This document shows, piece after piece, positions 57,901-64,000 of a stretch of 64,000 bases of DNA. How positions within the stretch are numbered: the stretch's first letter is position 1; each line of letters opens with the position of its first letter. The notes beneath the pieces were generated by a model. It searched no databases. It was not told the DNA's origin and saw only the letters and a list, made by a program, of their open reading frames with translations. The position numbers and the translations under genes are program-made. This DNA is from Nitrospirota bacterium (GTDB taxonomy: Bacteria > Nitrospirota > UBA9217). Location of the stretch: assembly GCA_963790205.1 (NCBI GenBank), contig CAWBNQ010000003.1, positions 288,001-352,000 on the forward strand, given 5' to 3'.

Positions 57901-59216
57901 TTCCCCCGGATCGAAGAGATCAACCGGGAATCGATACGGTTGCACTTTCTAATTATGCAGTTCATATCGGGCGTGATCTCTGGTGGACCGGTGCAGCAGA
58001 GGAGGCAAGGCCGCTGCTCAGATTGTCCGCGAGCTACGATACCGGTTCAGGTGCCGAAATGTGGAGCACGGCCATGTTGGCCCTGCTGGATCATGACTTT
58101 GGAAAAGCTGCGCAAATGTCCCTGACCGAGGCAAGACGCTATGATTCAAGAGATGCTTATAGCGAGTACATGAAGCTTCTTCATATGATGGGTTATCACG
58201 ATGAAGCATGGTCTGCATTCACGCAGATTCAACAACTCTCACATGGTGGCATGGACTGGAGTCCGGTATTGCTCGGCCTTCGGATGGAAGGGAAGACCAC
58301 TGACGAACAGCTGCAGTGGCTCAAGAAGCAGCCGGTTGCCGCGCTTACCCCTCAGGATGCCGTCGATTTCTCCTTTTTTGCCTACACGGTTGACCGCAAG
58401 CCGGAAATAAATCTTTCGAAAAAACTGCATTCAATTCGAGAACAGATAGAAGAGTCAAAAACCGGATCGAAGGCGCCGGCACCTCCGAAATTTCAACCGC
58501 GACCTCAAATCGCAGGAGCGCCGAGTGAGGAGTTTATTAAAAAACGCTTCGCAGATCCGCTGGAAACACTTTCAGACGGTTATGCCCTTCTCAAGGAGCG
58601 CCAATTCTCAGATGCTTACGAAAAACTCAAGGGAAGATTCCTGGGTGACTGGATAAAAGAGGGTATGTTCAGTTTTGCTATTCCTTACCTTGCCTGGAGT
58701 GCCGTGAAGAGCGGCAAGGCACCGGAAATCGAGTCCTATCTCGCCGACTATAGGAAGGAACTGGGTGACGATTTCGATTATTATCTGTCGCAGGCGTTTC
58801 TGTCCGCAGGCAGGAAAGACCATCAGGGGGCGATCAGGAATCTGGAGTCGGCCCGATATCATGGGAGTATTTTTAATGGTAAGCGTCTTTTTTCGGTATG
58901 GTATCAGTTGACGGAAAGCTGCGAGTGGCTGTACGAGGATTCGAAGTATGAAGGGTATCGGGAACTGTTGCTGAAGTTTGCAAGGCTCCGTCAGACGATC
59001 CGGCCGATGGATTCCTGGGCTTATTCGTTCGAAGCGAAGTATACGAAATCTGAATCGGATCGTATCCGGGCATTAGCTATCACTCTTTATTTAGACAAGC
59101 AATCAGAACGAATAGCACATTTTTCAACGAAACAAAAAAATCAGGCACTCGAGTGGCTAAAAGAAAATAACCCTTTCCTTTTAAATCAGAAAGGAGCGAC
59201 CCAGCGGGATATATAG
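54969..59216 (+). CDS. Large exported hypothetical protein with TPR-like helical repeats (1415 aa)
   Basis: ATG 54969 after AGGAGG; N-terminal hydrophobic signal; TPR-like ARSIYEEDIALQPNSWAAYSGL; visibly lower GC than the flanks. Confidence 0.8.
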   Translation: MNYSVLESINGRSTKHNVPAHIPAVIAAIVLFLLLAGVIATDARAADTDKLVIDIDKAQLNIQFEPDFKSYHSIFGSMFLGGTYSVKDWEVKQYTPTQYHVRLKSWRDMFWSIDSEQKKIWRMKGADLTAAGSEAQLLDDITVNILHNRFTKKGVPLDVPSFGPNSLNNNRARDVQKDDTDIVQKTSISLTMTSPRLILDQQAGSVLVVAGGAVISGADAWEVRHVNKNTYHMRYKPRQQMQHDYWQLDLTSMTADYAIGDTFGFPNGKFIGISKTMYRERANGSSEQNEIPVDLTMARYSGDHPKSAWQESEKALNTAVLSKYSYDVLVVPFQVSGYAIDRVDRSLMTRYLAREIENSTKMKLPSPTLVARALGETYRTFDDYDVFQLANKLGVKQIIRGYVGHNLNEKMSVTLVVQTRNEQEYFSPATKTVKYTWRDIEISDERTPGEAFASILHDVTARLQLPKVKKDASVQQDEPPAVPAGIKGLVVNSSSSPAVRAYYLQLLGLLYPEQSAAKEQLFERSLVVLREMLPQSPSYNVLKARALFHLYRRPAAIAVLANPKSAEEKALSAVMDGNLQLLNKNMKDIKGGIPRLIAQIEHSDLLWRYSPDQALSESTDPIIKQWPGWEKILARRLSQRDGWNIQSNVEVKKELDRIFPIIGFTAADIIKSKMAIGELPIDDDDIDFSVYNHYRRMMENRPEVLSTNESSGIVDRDILDLMVAMGESNLVKKIELRRMQALYDEMLKLADRYNTVYDGYPKMAYLKAFALYRIADSKQGQAQKNLREEANQLQGKVCYWSQGQTDVTSNRSCSGNNIYDADYPRRWYWEFSRDPDDLADRKYRGPEGIEQRGNIAITRFDRKKIMNYELSLLYTQTDFSRFTSYYDELQSVHMDDEAVALLEKNKRRFVGNPSQTSFYAHAAEKEGNMQRARSIYEEDIALQPNSWAAYSGLSSLLIRQGDFKTASETALKYPLFSVPPDRRDQPGIDTVALSNYAVHIGRDLWWTGAAEEARPLLRLSASYDTGSGAEMWSTAMLALLDHDFGKAAQMSLTEARRYDSRDAYSEYMKLLHMMGYHDEAWSAFTQIQQLSHGGMDWSPVLLGLRMEGKTTDEQLQWLKKQPVAALTPQDAVDFSFFAYTVDRKPEINLSKKLHSIREQIEESKTGSKAPAPPKFQPRPQIAGAPSEEFIKKRFADPLETLSDGYALLKERQFSDAYEKLKGRFLGDWIKEGMFSFAIPYLAWSAVKSGKAPEIESYLADYRKELGDDFDYYLSQAFLSAGRKDHQGAIRNLESARYHGSIFNGKRLFSVWYQLTESCEWLYEDSKYEGYRELLLKFARLRQTIRPMDSWAYSFEAKYTKSESDRIRALAITLYLDKQSERIAHFSTKQKNQALEWLKENNPFLLNQKGATQRDI

Positions 59217-59500
59217 AAACAAGGGTCGCCGATAATGTCCAGGCACGATGTAATGTTGGTAAGGGCGACCGTTAATAATTATTATTTTTTCATTGTAATG
59301 GAATATTTTTTCTTCCTGCACGAGGTTTTACAAACTCGTGCAGGAAGTGTAGGTGAGCCACCCTCCCAAAAGTGTAAGTTCATTACCCAGCCCCATAAAG
59401 TGCCGCAACCACGCCGTCCGGAATGAACGATCTATTGACAACGCATAATTGACTTGGTAATATGTTGCAACTTTTCGAAACTATTCAGAGGGGGAATGTC

Positions 59501-59899
59501 ATGAAAAGATTTATAGCAGGATTGTTCCTGGTTGCGGGTTTACTGTTTGCCATCGCGGCGTTTGCCAATGACACCGCGCCGCTTAGCACGCCAGAGTTGC
59601 AGAAGACAATTGGCGCGGGCAAGAAGAGCACGGTCGTGTTCTTCCTGAATCCGCAAGGCGGGCCGTGCAAGGCGCAGAACGAGATCCTTTTGAAGTTGCA
59701 GAAGGAGCGTAAGAACAATTTCAACATCGCCTACGTGAGCGCGCTCGAGCAGGCGAACCGGAAGGCGTTCTACGGTTACGGTGTCAGGAGCCTGCCGACC
59801 CTTGTGATCGTTGACAGCAACGGCAAGATCGCCAAGTATTTCCCGCCGGGCATCCAGCCCTACGAGGTCCTGACGGCGACCCTGGATGGAGTGAAATAG
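59501..59899 (+). CDS. Exported thioredoxin-fold protein with GGPC in place of CxxC
   Basis: Signal peptide; VVFFLNPQGGPCK, YGVRSLPTLVIVDSNG. Confidence 0.8.
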   Translation: MKRFIAGLFLVAGLLFAIAAFANDTAPLSTPELQKTIGAGKKSTVVFFLNPQGGPCKAQNEILLKLQKERKNNFNIAYVSALEQANRKAFYGYGVRSLPTLVIVDSNGKIAKYFPPGIQPYEVLTATLDGVK

Positions 59900-60543
59900 T
59901 GGACTTGGGCGTTACGAATATCGGACTGGCAGTCGGCGCGGGCGTGGCGAGCGTGTTGTCGCCCTGCGTGCTGCCGGTTGTTCCCGTGATCATGGCAGGG
60001 GCGGAGCGGGAGGACCGCATCCGCCCTCTGCTCGTCGTGCTCGGCCTGTCCCTGATGTTCATGATCATGGGCGCGGTGTCGTCGCTCTTCGGCGCGCTTT
60101 TGGTCGGCCGCACGCGGTACCTCGAAGTAGCCGGTGCGGCAATTATTCTGCTCATGGGCTTCGTGGTCCTCTTCGATGTCAACATTTTTAAGAGACTCTA
60201 CCGCCTCTCCAGCATTCGGGTGAAGGGCGAGGGCAGGTTCTCGGGGTTCGTGCTCGGCATGGCCCTGGGTCTCGTCTGGGTCCCCTGCATCGGCCCGTTC
60301 CTCTCCAGCATTCTCGCCATGGTCGGCACGAGCGGCGAGATTGCAAAGGGCATCATCCTGCTCGGATTTTACTCCCTCGGCCTCGCAATCCCGATGCTGC
60401 TTGTCGCGTATTCATCCCACTTCCTGCAGCGAAAGCTCAGGGCCTTGTCGCAGCACGAAGCGGCATTCCGCTATGTGACCGGCGGCATCCTCATCGCCTT
60501 CGGCCTCTATGCTATTCTGGTCGGCAACTTCGCGTTCTCTTGA
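59899..60543 (+). CDS. ccdA: Cytochrome c biogenesis protein CcdA (DsbD TM domain)
   Basis: SVLSPCVLPVVP and WVPCIGP motifs, 6 TM segments; GTG start overlapping the upstream stop. Confidence 0.9.
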   Translation: MDLGVTNIGLAVGAGVASVLSPCVLPVVPVIMAGAEREDRIRPLLVVLGLSLMFMIMGAVSSLFGALLVGRTRYLEVAGAAIILLMGFVVLFDVNIFKRLYRLSSIRVKGEGRFSGFVLGMALGLVWVPCIGPFLSSILAMVGTSGEIAKGIILLGFYSLGLAIPMLLVAYSSHFLQRKLRALSQHEAAFRYVTGGILIAFGLYAILVGNFAFS

Positions 60544-60672
60544 ATCATCGTCTTTCCACAATTCTCATCTCCTTGATTTACCGTCCATAATTCCGTCAGA
60601 AATTTCCCCTTGACAAAACCTTCAGAATGTGGTTCAATTGAATCAATTGAACGGCGTCCGGGCGGAGGTTTC

Positions 60673-61215
60673 GTGAAACCCATCGTCACTGCGGAAGACC
60701 TTGAGAGTAAAATCTACCTGGTTCGCGGGCAGAAGGTGATGCTCGACGGCGATCTGGCGGAACTCTATGAGGTTGAGGTTAAACAGCTCAAGAGACAGGT
60801 CAGAAGAAACATTGATCGCTTTCCGACGGATTTCATGTTTCAACTGTCGCAAGATGACTACGATTCTTTAAGGCGCCATTTTGGCACCTTAAAAAGAGGG
60901 GAACATTCAAAATATTTGCCTTACGTTTTTACAGAACAAGGCGTCGCCATGCTGTCCAGCGTTCTTAACAGCAAGAGGGCTGTACAAGTAAACATTCAGA
61001 TCATGCGGGCCTTTGTCAGGCTTCGGGAGATGATCTCTTCGAACAAAGAATTGGCCAAACGGCTCGACGAACTGGAAAAGAAATACGACTCCCAATTCAG
61101 GGTGGTCTTCGATGCAATACGCGCTCTCGTGGCGGTGCCGGCACCGAAGGAAAAGAAGATAGGATTTCTAGTCAAAGAAAGCGGACTCCATACAGAAAAG
61201 GTAGCGGGGAAATGA
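60673..61215 (+). CDS. ORF6N domain DNA-binding protein
   Basis: GTG after [54 protein letters not shown]. Confidence 0.92.
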   Translation: MKPIVTAEDLESKIYLVRGQKVMLDGDLAELYEVEVKQLKRQVRRNIDRFPTDFMFQLSQDDYDSLRRHFGTLKRGEHSKYLPYVFTEQGVAMLSSVLNSKRAVQVNIQIMRAFVRLREMISSNKELAKRLDELEKKYDSQFRVVFDAIRALVAVPAPKEKKIGFLVKESGLHTEKVAGK

Positions 61216-61278
61216 AGAGTACGATCAATTAGGTTTTGCTAAACGAAGTTCCGTAGGTTGGGCTGAACGTCCCTCTTC

Positions 61279-61871
61279 GCTGGTTCAATCTTGTAGATTG
61301 AACCAAAACATTAAAAGGCGCTGATATGCCGTCCGTCAGGGTGTCGAAAGAACTGAAAGAAGAAATATACTTTCTGACCTTCACGGTGCATCGCTGGTAC
61401 TATCTGTTCGACCGGCATAACCGACGGGACCTCCTGATTGACTCGCTGAAGTACTGCCTGGCAAACAAAGGCTTGAGGATATATAATTTTGTATTTATGT
61501 TAAACCACATTCACCTGATTGCTCAAAGCAAGGACATGGTCGGCTTCATCAGGGACTTCAAGACGTTTACATCGAAGGCGATCAGGGAGAACATAGCTGC
61601 GAACGAGCCTCATATCCTCAAGCTGTTTGAAAAGAGCGGCGCTTATCATTTCTGGCAAAAAACGAATATGCCGGAAATCATCAGGACTGAGGATTTCTAT
61701 CTGACCAAGGCGCGATACATAGAGCAGAATCCGGTTCGGAAACACTATGTCAACAGAGCGGAGGATTGGGTCTATTCTTCGGCAAATAGAGAGGAATGGG
61801 GGCTGATGCTGGACGGCCTTTTATGATGAATGTGGTTAATGGGGTGGTCCAATCTGCAAGATTGAACCAGC
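61279..61871 (+). mobile_element. REPtron/IS200-like unit: Y1 transposase bounded by inverted palindromes
   Basis: gctggttcaatcttgtagattgaacca (61279-61305) and tggtccaatctgcaagattgaaccagc (61845-61871) are inverted copies (2 mismatches); each is itself a hairpin. Confidence 0.65.
61326..61826 (+). CDS. REP-associated tyrosine transposase (Y1/HUH, IS200-like)
   Basis: YFLTFT, FVFMLNHIHLI (HUH), RDFK, FWQ, YIEQNPVR, W.YSSA. Confidence 0.9.
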   Translation: MPSVRVSKELKEEIYFLTFTVHRWYYLFDRHNRRDLLIDSLKYCLANKGLRIYNFVFMLNHIHLIAQSKDMVGFIRDFKTFTSKAIRENIAANEPHILKLFEKSGAYHFWQKTNMPEIIRTEDFYLTKARYIEQNPVRKHYVNRAEDWVYSSANREEWGLMLDGLL

Positions 61872-61892
61872 AAAATAATGGAACTAACACGG

Positions 61893-62198
61893 ATGAGATA
61901 TGCACTTATAAATGGAGAAAAAGTTGAAGCCCGGCCAAAAACTAAAGGCATTTGTCCACATTGCCAGTCAGAAACGATTGCAAAGTGTGGACGAGTTAAA
62001 GTTTGGCATTGGTCGCACAAAGGAAATTCTCCCTGTGATCCATGGTGGGAGTCGGAAACAGAATGGCATCGAGAATGGAAAGATCAGTTTCCGAAAGAAT
62101 GGCAAGAAGTCTCGCATGTTGATCCTGTTACCGGAGAGCAACATATTGCTGATGTGAAAAGTCCATTTGGACTGGTATCGGGGTGGACCTCGACGTAA
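61893..62198 (+). pseudogene. Truncated CoiA-like protein (N-terminal Zn-binding part only)
   Basis: CPHC..AKCG..WHWSH..CDPWWESETEWH..WK..HIADVK..GLV, then an abrupt stop where the E-x-Q nuclease motif would be expected. Confidence 0.7.
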
Positions 62199-62319
62199 AC
62201 GCATTTCTTTCCTGGTGCAAGGCGAACGGCCGGCAGGCGAACGGTGAAGCACGCGCCGAGTTCATCACTGAACTTCTCCGGCAGGGGCGGGGAAGGAAGA
62301 TCGGGGAATAAGATTTATC

Positions 62320-62880
62320 ATGATTAAGTACGACCTCTATAAATTATTAAAAGAAGAACTCGGCAACGGCTCGAAAGACCTCGTGACGCGGCCGTCGGGA
62401 GAGACCATCCGGCGGCGGATCGAGCGGGATGTCGAGAAGGAGCCGGAGGGAACGGTCATTGCGCTGGATTTTTCAAAGATCGGGATCATTGACTATTCCT
62501 GCGCGGACGAGATCGTCGCCAAGCTTATTTCGCGGCTCCTCTCCGGCGAGTATGGGGACAAGTATCTGCTGCTCCTTGGCCTGAACGAGAACCAGAAGGA
62601 GAACATCGAAGTGGCCCTGGAGCGGAAAACGCTGGCTATCGCCGCGGAGATGGGTGACGGAACCCGGACGCTCGTCGGGAGCCTGAACAACTATCTCAAG
62701 GAAACGCTGGACTTCATCCGGAAGAAAAAGAAGGTCTCTGCCAAGGACCTCTCGGCGGGTCTGAAGCTCGAAGCCAACACGAGCGGCACACGGCTGTTGA
62801 ACCTTCACAAAAAACGGCTTGTTCGAAGGACGGAAACGATCGGGGCCGAAGGGAAAGTATGGCTGTACGAGCCGCTCTGA
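62320..62880 (+). CDS. STAS-like (DUF4325-type) + winged-helix protein
   Basis: LVTRPSGETIR..IALDFSKIGIIDYSCADE; C-terminal SAKDLSAGL..GTRLLNLHKKRLVRR. Confidence 0.7.
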   Translation: MIKYDLYKLLKEELGNGSKDLVTRPSGETIRRRIERDVEKEPEGTVIALDFSKIGIIDYSCADEIVAKLISRLLSGEYGDKYLLLLGLNENQKENIEVALERKTLAIAAEMGDGTRTLVGSLNNYLKETLDFIRKKKKVSAKDLSAGLKLEANTSGTRLLNLHKKRLVRRTETIGAEGKVWLYEPL

Positions 62881-62924
62881 GGCCAAATTCAATTGACGGC
62901 GAACAGTTATTGATGTTACAATAA

Positions 62925-63404
62925 ATGATAACTTTACCGAAGAACAAAATCGCGAAGATAGTCATTCTTTTCATCGCCGAGGGTGCCTATTCAGGCCGGT
63001 CTCCCTTCGCACCGGGTACCGCGGGGACCGTGGTCGGGGTACTCCTCTATCTTTTGGTAAAGGGACTCGCGCCTGCATGGTATCTTGCTGCGGCAGCGGC
63101 AGTAATCGTCACCGGCATCTGGACTGCAGGACGTGCCGAGGTCCTGCTCGGCAAGAAGGACGCCCAGTCCATCGTGATCGACGAGATCGCAGGGTATCTC
63201 GTGGCCATGTTTCTAGTCTCGTCCGGATGGGGATTCATCGCTGCGGGCTTTCTCCTGTTCCGTTTTTTTGATATCGTCAAACCCTGGCCGCTCAAGCGGC
63301 TTCAGGATCTGCACGGCGGCGTGGGCGTGATGCTTGACGATATCGGGGCCGGGATATATACGAACATCGTGCTGCAACTCGCGGCGGTATTGCTGAGACA
63401 TTAA
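62925..63404 (+). CDS. pgpA: Phosphatidylglycerophosphatase A
   Basis: APGTAGT, IVIDEIAG, FRFFDIVKPWP, GVMLDD. Confidence 0.95.
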   Translation: MITLPKNKIAKIVILFIAEGAYSGRSPFAPGTAGTVVGVLLYLLVKGLAPAWYLAAAAAVIVTGIWTAGRAEVLLGKKDAQSIVIDEIAGYLVAMFLVSSGWGFIAAGFLLFRFFDIVKPWPLKRLQDLHGGVGVMLDDIGAGIYTNIVLQLAAVLLRH

Positions 63405-63463
63405 CCGCAGGGGACGCGTTCCCGCTGTTCTCTGCGACCTCTGTGGTGAAAAGGAAGTTTCTT

Positions 63464-64000
63464 ATGCGCGCTGAAATCATAGCCACGGGCACCGAGCTCT
63501 TATCGGGCGGCGTCCTCGATACGAATTCCCTGTTCCTTTCCGAGGAGCTGTTGCCCCTGGGCATCGAGACGGCCTACAAGACCGTTGTGGGCGATAATGA
63601 GAAGGACATGGAAGAAGCCTTCCGCAGGGCCATGGACCGCGTCGGGGTGCTGATCATCACCGGCGGGATCGGCCCGACCGAGGACGATATCACGCGCAAG
63701 GTGATCTCGAAGATCGTGAAGAAGCGCCTGGTGCTGAATGAGGACGCGCTCAAGGCCATACACGCCAAGCTCGCCGGCCGGGGCAGGGATGTAGTGGCGG
63801 CGAATGACCGTCAGGCATTGATCCCCGTCGGGGCGCGGCTGCTTCGGAACTCCGCGGGTATAGCGCCCGGTTTTTTTCTCGATGAAGAGAACACATTCAT
63901 CGCCGTGCTGCCCGGCGTTCCCCGTGAAATGCGGGCCATGTTCACCGAGGAACTGCGTCCGCTCCTCGAAGAGCGGTCCGGCGGAAAACACTTCATCAGA
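63464..64000 (+). CDS. cinA: Competence/damage-inducible protein CinA (partial, runs off the window)
   Basis: Read manually: MRAEIIATGTELLSGGVLDTNS..VGDN..TGGIGPTEDDIT..RQA..APG..LPGVPREM. Confidence 0.93.
   Translation, partial: MRAEIIATGTELLSGGVLDTNSLFLSEELLPLGIETAYKTVVGDNEKDMEEAFRRAMDRVGVLIITGGIGPTEDDITRKVISKIVKKRLVLNEDALKAIHAKLAGRGRDVVAANDRQALIPVGARLLRNSAGIAPGFFLDEENTFIAVLPGVPREMRAMFTEELRPLLEERSGGKHFIR

Noticed and set aside
59650..59670. Selenocysteine in the thioredoxin active site
   Set aside because: The position is a GGC (Gly) codon, not TGA.
60673..61215. Prophage indicated by ORF6N
   Set aside because: No integrase, structural or replication genes nearby; ORF6N genes often occur alone.

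Overview
High-GC bacterial window. The gene content resembles Nitrospirota or Desulfobacterota, but that is inference only. The first ~30 kb is a multiheme-cytochrome island with 7 cytochrome genes carrying 57 canonical CxxCH motifs plus 3 CX3-4CH motifs. Its left arm (minus strand) encodes a tetraheme cytochrome with the motif layout of the Geobacter OmcE nanowire subunit. It is followed by two NHL beta-propeller lipoproteins, a pentaheme lipoprotein, a large outer-membrane beta-barrel, a SurA/PpiC chaperone and a 12-heme protein with an OmcE-like N-terminal domain. Its right arm (plus strand) holds three paralogous secreted octaheme cytochromes (822-1073 aa) with variable Cys-rich N-termini and a nearly constant PKD/Ig-like C-terminus. 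Each sits behind a sigma54 (GG-N10-GC) motif and is followed by a SurA-like lipoprotein gene (two near-identical copies and one deletion remnant). A 7TM kinase with two REC-ArsR regulators, a TMTC-like GT-C glycosyltransferase, a 15-heme periplasmic cytochrome with a PilZ-like partner and an orphan pseudopilin complete the island. This is the best candidate for an undescribed system: an extracellular electron-transfer/nanowire locus with a new octaheme family. The rest of the window has rhlE, msrAB, a two-component operon with a possible HEPN output, an RND efflux operon with 7 frameshifts (probably sequencing errors), reductases, a Ser/Thr kinase-cNMP fusion, a PA2778/PA2779-like operon, a GroES with a histone-like tail, a ~7.5 kb accessory segment (large TPR protein, thioredoxin-like/CcdA, ORF6N, a RAYT-like transposase with flanking palindromes, a truncated CoiA), pgpA and the start of cinA. 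No rRNA, tRNA or CRISPR array was seen. All family assignments come from reading motifs by eye; no database search was run.
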